The position numbers and the translations under genes are program-made. The notes under the pieces are model-generated. The model had not been told where the DNA came from. It saw only the letters and a list, made by a program, of their open reading frames with translations, and made no database searches. A stretch of DNA of 64,000 nt, taken from contig NIVC01000202.1 of the NCBI GenBank assembly GCA_002269645.1, forward strand, positions 124,001-188,000. The letters run 5' to 3'. The stretch is from Macrostomum lignano. Taxonomy: Eukaryota. Shown piece by piece: positions 1-14,518 of this stretch; the first letter of the stretch is position 1; each line of letters opens with the position of its first letter.

Positions 1-508
1 AACACTATCGGATAGTACAAATAAACACTATCGGATAGTACAAATAAACACCACCTGAAAGTACAAATAAACACTATCGGATAGTACAAATAAACACTAT
101 CCGATAGTACAAATAAACACTATCGGATAGTACAAATAAACACCACCTGATAGTACAAATAAACACTATCGGATAGTACAAATAAACACTATCGGATAGT
201 ACAAATCAACACTATCGGATAGTACAAATAAACACCACCTGATAGTACAAATAAACACTATCGGATAGTACAAATAAACACCACCTGATAGTACAAATAA
301 ACACTATCGGATAGTACAAATAAACACTATCGGATAGTACAAATAAACACTATCGGATAGTACAAATAAACACTATCGGATAGTACAAATAAACACCACC
401 TGATAGTACAAATAAACACTATCGGATAGTACAGATAAACACCACCTGATAGTACAAATAAACACTATCGGATAGTAAAAATAAACACCACCTGATAGTA
501 CAAATAAA
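1..508. repeat. 23-bp minisatellite (ACACTATCGGATAGTACAAATAA), runs off window start
   Basis: Period 23 read directly. Unit contains the inverted repeat ACTATC-G-GATAGT. A variant unit has ACCACCTGATAGT. Confidence 0.95.
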
Positions 509-1029
509 TTTTCGAACAACTTGCTTAATACTTGTATAAGCCCTACATAAAATAATATAATACAGGGTATAATATAACATACCTGTCATGAAGTGTCACG
601 CTGGTGCCTCTGCCCATGTTAAAGTATGTATAAGTCGGCCAGACCGCTTCTTCTTTGAACATTGTCTGCGAGCTAAATGAAATAACTTGCTAAAGAGATA
701 ACAAATAAAGTTTTTTCAATTTTTTGACAGGGCAGGCTGTCAGGCACTTGCATCTTTTATTTTGTGCCACGATAGATAAAAATTATGTACATCTGCTGGG
801 CTGATCAATGTACAATGCCGTCTGCCCCTCTGCCTCCTCTGCTCCACTCTGATTGGCTTAGAGAAATGGTCGCAGGCCTATTAGAAGTTTCTCACCCCTC
901 ACAATATTGGTAATTGCTTTATTAGTGCAGTTCTGTCGGGTTGGGTGGGGGTTATTTTGACAACTTCATGAAATAATATTCGACTGACGCACAAGCATTG
1001 TAAAATAGGCAATTCAGAGGTTTGAATAT

Positions 1030-2482
1030 TGAGAAATTCTCTATGGGTGCTTGACCAACTGTGAAATTTCCTTTGAGTGCTTGACCAAGCTGAGAAATTC
1101 CCTATGAGTGCTTGAACAAGCTGAGTAATTCTCTATGAGTGCTTGACCAAGCTGAGAAATTCCCTATGAGTGCTTGAACAAGCTGAGTAATTCTCTATGA
1201 GTGCTTGACCAAGCTGAGAAATTCCCTATGAGTGCTTGACCAACTGTGGAATTCCCTATGAGTGCTTGACCAACTGTGGAATTCCCTATGAGTGCTTGAC
1301 CAACTGTGGAATTCCCTATGAGTGCTTGACCAAGCTGAGAAGTTCCCTATGAGTGCTTGACCAAGCTGAGAAATTCCCTATGAGTGCTTGACCAACTGTG
1401 GAATTCCCTATGAGTGCTTGACCAACTGTGGAATTCCCTATGAGTGCTTGACCAAGCTGAGAAATTCTCTATGAGTGCTTGACCAAGCTGAGAAATTCCC
1501 TATGAGTGCTTGAACAAGCTGAGTAATTCTCTATGAGTGCTTGACCAAGCTGAGAAATTCCCTATGAGTGCTTGACCAACTGTGGAATTCCCTATGAGTG
1601 CTTGACCAAGCTGAGAAATTCCCTATGAGTGCTTGACCAAGCTGAGAAATTCCCTATGAGTGCTTGACCAAGCTGAGAAATTCCCTATGGGTGCTTGACC
1701 AAGCTGAGAAATTCCCTATGAGTGCTTGACCAACTGTGGAATTCCCTATGAGTGCTTGACCAAGCTGAGAAATTCCCTATGAGTGCTTGACCAAGCTGAG
1801 AAATTCCCTATGAGTGCTTGACCAAGCTGAGAAATTCCCTATGGGTGCTTGACCAAGCTGAGAAATTCCCTATGAGTGCTTGACCAAGCTGAGAAATTCC
1901 CTATGAGTGCTTGACCAAGCTGAGAAATTCCCTATGAGTGCTTGACCAACTGTGGAATTCCCTATGAGTGCTTGACCAAGCTGAGAAATTCCCTATGAGT
2001 GCTTGACCAAGCTGAGAAATTCCCTATGAGTGCTTGACCAAGCTGAGAAATTCCCTATGAGTGCTTGACCAACTGTGGAATTCCCTATGAGTGCTTGACC
2101 AAGCTGAGAAATTTTCTATGAGTGCTTGACCAAGCTGAGAAATTTCCTATGAGTGCTTGACCAAGCTGAGAAATTCCCTATGGGTGCTTGACCAAGCTGA
2201 GAAATTCCCTATGAGTGCTTGACCAACTGTGGAATTCCCTATGCGTGCTTGACCAAGCTGAGAAATTCCCTATGAGTGCTTGACCAACTGTGGAATTCCC
2301 TATGAGTGCTTGAACAAGCTGAGTAATTCCCTATGAGTGCTTGACCAAGCTGAGAAATTCCCTATGAGTGCTTGACCAACTGTGGAATTCCCTATGAGTG
2401 CTTGACCAACTTTGGAATTCTCTATGAGGGCTTGACCAACTGTGGAATTCTGTATGAGGGCTTGACCAACAGAAAAATTCTC
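1030..2482. repeat. 30/31-bp minisatellite (TGAGTGCTTGACCAAGCTGAGAAATTCCCTA / ...ACCAACTGTGGAATTCCCTA)
   Basis: Two interspersed unit variants, about 45 copies. Confidence 0.95.
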
Positions 2483-2877
2483 CATTAATAATTTTTCAAT
2501 AAAAACATTCCACTGCAAAAAGCTGGTGACAGCAATATTTTCATATCCTTAAATCATGCCGGATAAGGTTACTAACAAGGTCCTACATCTCATACAAAAC
2601 CCATGCCAAAACAGTTCCCGACCCCATGCTATTGATAAACTCGATAGGCCCTTATTACCTGCAGCAGGTGCGAGCTACTCATGGTGTCAATTAGCCGCAG
2701 TGCGTGTGTTTACTGTATGCGCTACACTTATTGAGCCACTTAAAATGGGAATTTCTTCCTCAGGTAACTGCTCCCTCTGTGTATTGAAAGTTGGGGCCTG
2801 GAGATATTGCGAAACACGGTCGGGAAAATAAGTGTTAGGGGGAATTATTTGCAACACTATGTGCCGTCACGAGGTCA

Positions 2878-4332
<1,455 letters not shown>

Positions 4333-5865
4333 CCAAAGCTCAGGTTAGTACGCCATCAAACAGCATTATAATCAGCAGCCGGGCCAATCACTCACCTGAT
4401 TGCGATGGTCCTAGAAAAGCGGGCACCAGTAAACAAACGACAGAACAGTCATAACAAATCGCAGCAGTTTTAATGGGAGTACCTAATGCAGATCCATAGA
4501 AAGGCTGAGGCTAGGCCCAGTGCAGTACCAGTCAGGTATATATAAAGATGCCGCACGCATGGAATGTGATTGGCAGTAAAATACGTGGAAAAAAGTCATA
4601 AATTGCACCGCACACCACCAGCTTAACAATAATTTTATGGGAAAGGAAGACCTCACAAGACGCATCGTTGCCCGGCGTACTTCCAGTTGGGATCCGAGCT
4701 AAATTTGGCGAATCGAACCTGTTGATTCCCTGATGATCTTGTCAGTCTGGGGCTTCATCATATGGAGGGCTGCGTCCTAATAAAATTGACAGCATCCTAA
4801 GACGGTGATATCATTTTTCCGAATTAATTTTTATAGTTATATGCATGCTAGCTATAAATGTTCAGTCAAGGACTTACGAAATAGTCGTTTCCAGTCCAGG
4901 TTCTATAAATAGTAGTCTTTGGGTTAATCAGAATGCTTGAAGGATCGAAGCCATGGACAGCGAATTATTTTGGTGAAATTCAACTTAGGTATAGATGCTT
5001 TTAACGGGATCCATGGACTACTTGACCATATAGCTACTATAATGGACCTTGAAAAATAACATCTGGACTGGAGCCATAGCTCGTATGCATGTAGATCAAA
5101 GTCTTCAGAGCTGACTGGAAACGCAAAAGCAGACACCGCCAAAAAGCGACGCATAGCATTTCTGTGCCGGCACACTAGAAAGGTGTACAAGGTGAGCTCA
5201 GCACTATAAAAATCAGCTAGCAGTTCATTAGCGACTCGAGGGGTCACAACTGCACTTTTCTTCGCTCAACCCCCTAGCAACTAATTCTTGCGTGTCGCGT
5301 GCTCCCCAGACACCCGATCTACATGTGTAGTTATTTCGATAGAAATTTTCCTGGGTCTTCTTCAATTTTTTTTCTTATTGCCGAGCTGCTTTGGAACTCA
5401 TATCAGAAAATTTTATTCTCAATCAACGATAGATTGAGAACGACATTTTTGTAAGACTTCTTTCAACTAAATGCGACCTTTACGTACATTTTTCCTGAAT
5501 TACAGTGCAAAGTGAACTGTAAAATGTGTTTTTTTCTGCATAAAAAATCTGTGCAGATATTATTTTATCAACTTCCTGGAGCAGAGAATGCACGGACGAA
5601 AGTACATAATGCACTGTCATTTCTGTCGAATGATAATAACATTCGCTATAGTGGAAGTTATTAGACAGATAGACAGAGACATAAAGGAGGTCACCGCCCA
5701 GTCAGTGACTGTCTGAGATTGCTTTCAGCAGCCATCGCGTCTTAAAACCAGGTTTGCAAGGAAGAGCCAACAATTAACGCACGTAAATTTAGGTGCTTTT
5801 GAAAGTTGATTGCCAATAGGATTTTGGACGATATGAAAATTCAGAGCTTGTTTGACACCCTCAGA

Positions 5866-6175
5866 GTCAGAGAGAGATAGGAAGAGAGAGTAGAGGGGAA
5901 TAAGGGAGAGATAGGAAGAGAGAGTAGAGGGGAATAAGGGAGAGAGAGGGAGAGAGAGTAGAGGGGAAAAAGGGAGAGAGAGGGAGAGAGAGTAGAGGGG
6001 AATAAGGGAGAGATAGGAGGAAAGAGTAGAGGGGAATAAGGGAGAGATAGGAGGAGAGAGTAGAGGGGAATAAGGGAGAGATAGGAGGAGAGAGTAGAGG
6101 GGAATAAGGGAGAGATAGGAAGAGAGAGTAGAGGGGAATAAGGGAGAGAGAGAGAGAGAGAGAGAGAGGGGAATA

Positions 6176-6220
<45 letters not shown>

Positions 6221-6660
6221 GAAGGGGAGATAGAGAGAGAGATAGAGAGAGGGAGAGAGGGAGATAGAGAGAGGGAGAGAGGGAGGGAGAGAGGGAGAGA
6301 AGGAGATAGGGAGAGAGGAGAGAGGGAGAGGAGAGGAGGGAGAGAGGGAGAGAGGGAGAGAGGGAAAGGGAGAGAGGGAGAGAAGAAGAGGGGGACAAAG
6401 GGAGAGATGGAGAGAGGGACAGAGGGAGATAGGAAGAGAGGGAGACAGGAGAGAGGGAGAGAGGGAGAGAGGGATATAGGGAGAGAGGGAGGGAGAAGAG
6501 AGAGGGAGGAGGGAAAGAGGGAAAGAGGGAGCGAGGGAGAGAGGGAGAGAGGGAGAGAGGGAGAGAGGGAGATAGGGAGAGAGAGAGAGGGAGAGAGGGA
6601 GATAGGGAGAGAGGGAGAGAGGGAGAGAGGGAGATAGGGAGAGAAGCAGAGAGGAAGAGA
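5866..6660. repeat. ~800-bp polypurine (GA-rich) low-complexity tract
   Basis: Almost only G/A on the + strand, with ~30-bp degenerate units at the start. Confidence 0.9.
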
Positions 6661-7094
6661 CGGAGGGTCCCTGCTACCCACAGTCGCATGTCTGTTACAA
6701 TTTCTACAAGAGGACTGGCCAAAAAAATCGAGTGATAAGGCGGGGATTCTACACCGGGATCGTCCGTCGTCGGCACCTGCCGCATAGTCTGTAGCAATAT
6801 ATTGGCGCTCAGTACAGCACCAGAATGCTTGTTAAAGATACCAGTATAGAAAAAGAAAGAGGAGCGTCCCGGCAAACGGAATCTGGGAACTGGGGGCGAA
6901 GAAAATTGTAGTTCTGACGAAGCGGCCCAGAAGATGACGCTAAGGTGGGGAGGGAGAGAGAGAGAGAGAGTGGAAGCACGCGCGAGCGTCTGGGTCAGCG
7001 CCTGACCCCGTGTTGCTACCGGGTTTGGGGTTAACATTTGTTTCCAGCAGCTGCACTCCCGCCTCACGGGCACAGTTTTTTCGAGAGCACGCGG

Positions 7095-7095
<1 letters not shown>

Positions 7096-7124
<29 letters not shown>
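7096..7124. repeat. (TG)n microsatellite
   Basis: Direct reading. Confidence 0.9.
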
Positions 7125-7128
<4 letters not shown>

Positions 7129-7779
7129 TGTGTTTTGTCACTTTCTGCCCAAGCTGTGGAGAGTTGTCGAGACTACCCGAGCTTCCGTGAGGAGGAGATA
7201 TGGCTTATCCGCATCGGTATCAGACGCTGTGGGGAAAGTTTCGTAGAGTGGGCGCCCCCATCCTCTCTCTAAGGCCCCGAGGTCATGTGCGGTCACGCCC
7301 GACTCTCTGCTCGAAGAGGTTCCTCGAGGCCTTCCTTCCTGCCTGGCGTGTTGACGAATTTGCCAAGGTGAGCTCGGCTTACAGGCAGAATGCGAGGCCA
7401 AAGCAGCAACTGGAAGGCACGCGAGCGGCGGGATTGAAATAACATTCTTCTGTGCCAGCTCAAAACCAACAGAAATTTAAGTAAACTTCGTTTACCGTTA
7501 GGATGCCAACTATATTGAGTTCATGGTGATTACGTTTCCCGATCAAAAGTCTTTTTTGCACTAAAATGAAACCGATAGCAAAGCAGAGAGGGGCGGGTGG
7601 GCGGCGGTACGCGATTGTACGTCAACAGCAACAACAAAACTTCGTCAATAAACTTTTTGTTATGATAAGAACAAGATTAAATTAGCATTTGTACTAGACT
7701 ATATGCCTATGCTTGTAGTTGTTAATCAGTTAATGGAGTCATCAATAGAGAGGCTGCGGATCCGGCCGGAAATTGCATG

Positions 7780-9258
7780 CTATTCGATGAAATCTTCGGC
7801 CGGAAGCTGTCTGGGCGGCAGCACCAGCGGGTCGAGCTGGTCTGACGGCTGACTCTGATGATGGGGAAGCCGCTCCAGCTGCACCTGATGCTGGACAAGA
7901 TGCGGATGCAGATTCTGCTGCTGATGCAGCCGCAACTCGCCAACAGCGTCGTGCCGAGCCGAGGACGGATGACCGCGAGAGTACAGCGAGCACAGCTGCG
8001 CCATCTCCCGCTGCTGCCTGCCCTCCTCCTGGCAATTGCAACGGAGAATTAGCCGAAAGTACTTCTTAAACTTTGAACTGATCAGCGCTAGGCAGAGCGG
8101 ATTGATGGCGCTGTTAGCGTAGCCCAGCAGCAGGCAGATGGGCAGCACGGTGGTCACCACCACGTTCACCTCCTGGTCTTCGTCAGCCGCTGTGCTGCCG
8201 CCCATCATCGGCAGAGACGTTGTAGTCCCAGCGGTGGTGGAGGCAGCTGGAGTCGCGGTGGTCAAAGCATCGGGCAGGGCGAAGCCGCGCAAATCGATGA
8301 AGATCGTGACCGCGTGGTAGGGCAGCCAGCAGACAGCGAAGGCCAGCAGCAGGGCGATCATGATTTTGCTGACCTTCACCCGGCCCTGGCTGAGCGCCCG
8401 CAGCCCGCTCTGCTGGGCCTCGCTGGCGGCCTGCTGGCGCGCAAATTTTACCGTTGAGATGAGTGTCCGGCCCAGCATGGAGTAGAACACGGACATGGCG
8501 ATCAGGGGGATCAGGTATAGAGCCGCGAACAGGAATAGAGTGTAGGCGGTCTTGCGAGCTGTGGAGTCCTGCCAGTCCTCGACGCAGAAGTACACGGAGG
8601 ACTTCCAGTGGAAGTCGTGCCTACGCAGCTTGTAAGCAGCCGGGATGGGACTGCAGAGCAGCACGGAGGCCAGCCAGATGCCCGCCACCCAGAGGCTCAT
8701 CGCCCGGTTGCTCATCCGCTCCTTGGCCGTCATCGGGTATCGAATGATAACGTAGCGCTTGATCGACATCGAGGCCAGAGAAGCGATCGACACCGAGACG
8801 GAGACGCCCTGCAGGAATGGCGACAGTTTGCACAGGGCCACGCCGAATATCCAGCGAGTGCTGAGCACATTGTAGGCCGTGATGGGCAGGCAGATGAAGA
8901 AGATTAGCAGGTCGCTGATCGCCAGATTCAACAGGAAGATGTTGGTTCGCGAGCGCATAGTTGGGAAGATGGCAATGCTGAGGATTACCAGCGCGTTGCC
9001 AGTCACACCGACTAGGAAAAGGAGGCTGAAAGCAGCCACCATGGGGATCTTGTAGTGCATGCTCTGGCCCTGTAGGTAGGACTCAAAGAGCTCGCGGCAG
9101 TGCTCGGCCGTCTCCGGGGTCATTTCCTCAGAGGACATGCATCGGTTGAGTTCGCTGAGCTGCTGCAGGCGCTGCTGCCAAAGTTGCTGCAAACCGGACC
9201 CGTTGAAGTCCAGCTGGAGGCTGCCGAAGTCAAGTGGACCGGCAGGCGTGGTGGCCAT
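7780..9258 (-). CDS. Intronless class A (rhodopsin-like) GPCR, neuropeptide-receptor type (orexin/allatotropin or NPFF/SIFamide-like), 492 aa
   Basis: Seven hydrophobic segments with GN (TM1), NLAISD (TM2), CKLSPFLQGVSVSVS (TM3), W4.50, ECL2 Cys, YLIPL (TM5), CWLP (TM6) and NSAINP (TM7). The subfamily call comes from recalled motif similarity only. Confidence 0.93.
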   Translation of the reverse strand: MATTPAGPLDFGSLQLDFNGSGLQQLWQQRLQQLSELNRCMSSEEMTPETAEHCRELFESYLQGQSMHYKIPMVAAFSLLFLVGVTGNALVILSIAIFPTMRSRTNIFLLNLAISDLLIFFICLPITAYNVLSTRWIFGVALCKLSPFLQGVSVSVSIASLASMSIKRYVIIRYPMTAKERMSNRAMSLWVAGIWLASVLLCSPIPAAYKLRRHDFHWKSSVYFCVEDWQDSTARKTAYTLFLFAALYLIPLIAMSVFYSMLGRTLISTVKFARQQAASEAQQSGLRALSQGRVKVSKIMIALLLAFAVCWLPYHAVTIFIDLRGFALPDALTTATPAASTTAGTTTSLPMMGGSTAADEDQEVNVVVTTVLPICLLLGYANSAINPLCLALISSKFKKYFRLILRCNCQEEGRQQREMAQLCSLYSRGHPSSARHDAVGELRLHQQQNLHPHLVQHQVQLERLPHHQSQPSDQLDPLVLPPRQLPAEDFIE

Positions 9259-9748
9259 GGGGCTGCCTTGGAGTCTGCAAATCCGTAATATGGTTTTGGC
9301 CAGTTAATTAAAATCTGTCCAGACCGGGGCGGAACCTCGAGAAGAAAAGACGTTATTAACGCAGAAAGTGGGAGTTCGTGACGAATTCGAAAATTGGGAG
9401 CATCACAATGAATAGTTTGAAGGTGAATTGGGAATCAGGAGGTGTCCGGGGTTGGGCCCCTCTGCTGCTGAAAATCCCAGTGGAAATTTCCCAGTTTGCG
9501 GGAATTCAATCTTAATCCAATTTAAACTGCACAAAGAAAACAGGGAGACAGGGGAATTGGGGCGGATACAAGCAGCGCTCCTACATAGATTTATTAAATA
9601 AAATTTGGCCCGCTTTACGTTGCAGACCTGCACGCATCGAGGCCCGCTATCTTCATCAACCTCCTGCTTGATGGTCTCCTCATTATTGCTGCTTTAGGCT
9701 GAGAAACAAAACTGGCTTCCAATTTGACTAGCAAAATGAGATTAAAGA

Positions 9749-10464
<716 letters not shown>

Positions 10465-11113
10465 GAGCAGAGAAACAAAGATAGCAGCAGCTGCTTTCTG
10501 CTTCCTTGTTTTCGTCGCCTGTAGTCTAAATAAAGCAACCGAGTGAACCGCTCGCAGGGATAAACAGCAGCTGTTATCCCTCTATTTCTTGATGCCGATA
10601 GACAGTTTTTCAACTGTGAAATTAATATCCCCACTTAGTCTCGCTCTCGCAGAAGATATTCGACTTTCCATATTTGTCTTCAAACCAAGCGATTTGCAAA
10701 ATATTTTTCCCTTTCGAGGTCCGTGTGTCGAAGAAGTAGTAGGTGAAAATTATTATAATAATTGTCCGACTTTAAGATACTTGTATTTTCTAAAGAAGCC
10801 TTGTGTCCGAGATATTTTTCTCTACACTCCGGTGTCCGTCAACAATGAGCATATGATATCTTCTCTGCAATTGGCCCCCCCAGAGCCATCCTTGCCTTCG
10901 AACTCTTGGAATCTCTCTCTCTCTGCTCTCCGATCTTGAATAAGAAATTCGAGCTTAACAGGGAAAATTGGCCATCCGGTCTCCCCTATCCCCGATTCAG
11001 TGATCTTTTCGGAGAATTATTAATAAAGAACGAGTTGAATTGCACCGGAGCAGCGCCTTATGTGACCTGGAGGAAATGCTCTTGATGCTCACTTCGAGTT
11101 TGGTGAGGCTGCA

Positions 11114-11600
11114 GGGGGGGGGGGGTTTCACAAACTCGAAATTTCACAACGTCGAAAGCACCCTCTTTCATAAGGTCGAAATTTCACAAGGTCGAAATTT
11201 CACAACATCGAAAACTTTAGCAAGAGACTTCATAAGGTCGAAATTTCACAAGGTCGAAATTTCACAACATCGAAAACTTTAGCAAGAGACTTCATAAGGT
11301 CGAAATTTCACAAGGTCGAAATTTCACAACATCGAAAACTTTAGCAAGAGACTTCATAAGGTCGAAATTTCACAAGGTCGAAATTTCACAACATCGAAAA
11401 CTCGAAAAGCAGCCACTTTCATAAGGTCGAAATTTCACAAGCTCGAAATTTCACAACATCGAAAACTTTAGCAAGAGACTTCATAAGGTGAAATTTCTAC
11501 CTTATGAAAGTGGCTGCTTTTCGAGTTTTCGATGTTGTCAAATTTCGACCTTATGAAGTCTCTTGCTAAAGTTTTCGATGTTGTGAAATTTCGACCTTCT
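11114..11600. mobile_element. Foldback/MULE-like non-autonomous element, spacer-less or truncated copy
   Basis: Starts with poly-G+TTTCACAAACTCGAAATTTCAC, the same terminus as 24039-25335. AAGGTCGAAATTTCAC modules invert orientation at about 11490. Confidence 0.7.
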
Positions 11601-11669
11601 GAAACTACAGAAGGCTACATCATTCATATGCTGGCCGCTCTGTTTTAAGTGGATCGGACAGGTACGATG

Positions 11670-12170
11670 GGCAGATAGACAGACACTAGATAGGGAGATA
11701 GACAGACATTAGATAGGCAGATAGACAGGCACTATAGGCAGATAGACAGGCACTATAGGCAGATAGACAGGCACTATAGGCAGATAGACAGGCACTATAG
11801 GCAGATAGACAGGCACTATAGGCAGATAGACAGGCACTATAGGCAGATAGACAGGCACTATAGGCAGATAGACAGGCACTATAGGCAGATAGACAGGCGC
11901 TATAGGCAGATAGACAGGCACTATAGGAGACAGACACTATATAGGCAGATAGACAGGCATTATAGGCAGATAGACAGACACTATATAGGCAGATAGACAG
12001 ATACTATATAGGCAGATAGACAGACACTATATAGGCAGATAGACAGGCACTATAGGCAGATAGACAGGCATTATAGGCAGATAAACAGACACTATATAGG
12101 CAGATAGACAGATAACTATAGGCAGATAGACAGACACTATAGGCAGATGGACGAACGCTATAGGTAGATA
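11670..12170. repeat. 21-bp minisatellite (GGCAGATAGACAGGCACTATA)
   Basis: Period 21, degenerate at both ends. Confidence 0.93.
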
Positions 12171-12264
12171 GAGTCAGACTCCCTGAACCTGTCTTAGAGC
12201 ATCAGAGCAGTTGGGACTTACCGATTGAGTTGCAGATGGCAAAATATATCTTGAATGCTTTCCG

Positions 12265-12362
12265 AGGGCGGGGGTCTGACGCAGTGCTGAAATGGGGCGC
12301 CCGTTTTCTCTGTTCAGGGCTTCTCAACGCCGGCTCTGATTGGACCAGCCGCTCAGCCAATT
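12265..12362. promoter_or_regulatory. Possible promoter motif cluster (GC box, TGACGC, two oppositely oriented CCAAT boxes)
   Basis: GGGCGGGG, TGACGCA, CTGATTGG and AGCCAAT within 100 bp. Motifs only, no transcript evidence. Confidence 0.25.
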
Positions 12363-12667
12363 AGAATCGAGAGCAGCAGAGAAGTCTTTGGGAACTAAAA
12401 ATTCTGTTTATTTGGAATCTGACTACCTAATGAATTAGTAGGGCGGGTGATGCTGGAAGGTTATTACTCGTACAGGATAGTGAGAAGACGGCAGGAGGGA
12501 AGTAGGGGGCTTTTATCGCTATTAATTACTTTAATAATTCAGTACAACATCCTTTGAGATTTTGTCAAAGGCACGCGATGAAGGAGTCAATAGGCCGAAA
12601 AACAATGAATGAGCTCCCGAACAGAAAACAGGAGTGAGCCTGGGTGGAAAAACCTGGGTGGCAAAGG

Positions 12668-13270
12668 GTGAAGCTGAGAGTGAACTGGGGGGGTGAGCTG
12701 AGAGTGAACTAAGTGGGGTGAGCTGAGAGTGAACTGGGGAGGGTGAGCTGAGAGTGAACTAAGTGGGGTGAGCTGAGAGTGAACTGGGGAGGGTGAGCTG
12801 AGAGTGAACTAAGTGGGGTGAGCTGAGAGTGAACTGGGGAGGGTGAGCTGAGAGTGAACTAAGTGGGGTGAGCTGAGAGTGAACTGGGGAGGGTGAGCTG
12901 AGAGTGAACTGGGGGAGTGAGCTAAGAGTGAACTGGGGGGGGGGGTGAGCTGAGAGTGAACTGGGGGGGTGAGCTGAGAGTGAACTAAGTGGGGTGAGCT
13001 GAGAGTGAACTGGGGAGGGTGAGCTGAGAGTGAACTAAGTGGGGTGAGCTGAGAGTGAACTGGGGAGGGTGAGCTGAGAGTGAACTAAGTGGGGTGAGCT
13101 GAGAGTGAACTGGGGGGGGTGAGCTGAGAGTGAACTAAGTGGGGTGAGCTGAGAGTGAGCTGAGAACAATGTAGGAAGAGTGAACTTACTACAGTGAGCT
13201 GAGAGTGAGCTGTGAATAATGTTGAAAGAGTGAATTTAGTTGAGTGAACTGAGAGTGAGCTGAAGCGGAT
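12668..13270. repeat. 25-bp G-rich minisatellite (GAGCTGAGAGTGAACT + AAGTGGGGT or GGGGAGGGT), partly alternating as a 50-bp dimer
   Basis: Direct reading. Confidence 0.93.
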
Positions 13271-13896
13271 TGAAGAATAATTGGACGAGCGGTGGGTTTT
13301 GAAACAAAAAATATTAAAAGATGGAATTTGAAGATTTTACTTTCGTCACAAATTTAATTATTAATGCATAATTAAAGTCACTAATTATCCATCGCAATTA
13401 AAGATAATCTGGCGTAGGCGGCCAGTATAGCTCTCGAGTCTCCATCCGACATTCTCGCTGTTTTCAGGAAGCCTTACGAACTGAGAGCTTTCTTCTTGTG
13501 CCAGCTCCTCGCGATTGAAGAGTGCATCGAGGGGTACTTTGCTGGGCGAATGACGTCACGCCCAGAATTTTCTCCGGGGAGAGGGGGGTTGGGGCGGCGC
13601 CGGTGCATCTGCCTGAGCTGTTTCGAGTCGAGCTGCTTCGAGCCTGGAGAAGTGGACTGCCGGATGGAGTGTCCCACTGCTGAGAGTGTCTCAGGCTAGT
13701 TTGAAGAGGGCGGCCTGGGGGTCCCGCTGCGGATGGCACGTTCCAATTTGTTTGCTTTATTTCAAGGATGAAGCTGTCAGAATGAAGCTGAGATTTCGCT
13801 AGGTGGGGATCTTGCGATTAATTTCGGCTAACTGCACTTTACTATGCTCAACTCTTGTAAGTCTGCTGCACTGTTTGCATGGTTGGGCTGTAAGGT

Positions 13897-14125
13897 CACT
13901 GAAGATAGACTCGAGACACTTACTGGTCACTGAAGATAAACTCGAGACACTTACTGGTCACTGAAGATTGGCCCTCTAGACACTTACTGGTCACTGAAGA
14001 TAGACTCGAGACACTTACTGGTCACTGAAGATTGGCCCTCTAGACACTTACTGGTCACTGAAGATTGGCCCTCTAGACACTTACTGGTCACTGAAAATTG
14101 GCCCTAGACACTTACTGGTCATTGA
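13897..14125. repeat. 31/33-bp minisatellite (GGTCACTGAAGATAGACTCGAGACACTTACT)
   Basis: About 7 copies. Confidence 0.9.
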
Positions 14126-14518
14126 ATATTTAACTATTGATCTTGCAGGTTAGAAGCTCCTACTATAAGTAGACAAAAAACATGCGCAAACTTGCGTCGT
14201 TTTAACAGCGGGTCACAAGCACCGATTTTTATGCCCGCACTAGCCGCTTATCTGTGGCGAGGCAAGAACAATCTGCACTCGAATATTCGCCTCCATCCCT
14301 TCACCCACCTGCGCGGAGCGAGTTTTTTACATCAAAATGACGAATTCGGGATAGAGATGATTTTGCGATTAGCTTAAAATCGCACGAGGTTGACCTTAGA
14401 ATTTTTTCCCAGCCGGTTCAAGTTCACTTCCAATCGATGTAGAGGGGGGGGGGGAATTATCGCCCGTCAGTCATATTTTATGCCTGCGTGTGCCTGGTTC
14501 ACTCGATGTGTTGGCTAG

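Noticed and set aside
4340-5250. Possible transposon/LINE fragment (ORF 4924-5247)
   Set aside because: No RT, endonuclease or transposase motif recognised in the frames I examined.
7722-9288. Short overlapping or antisense ORFs over the GPCR, RABEPK, SDE2 and UBE3B exons
   Set aside because: Shadows of GC-rich coding sequence.
11100-11612. Target-site duplication for the first foldback copy (CTGCAG versus CTACAG)
   Set aside because: Imperfect, short, and the right terminus is missing.
13468-13699. Cys-rich frame after a TTTTCAG acceptor
   Set aside because: No recognisable domain and no compatible upstream exon found.
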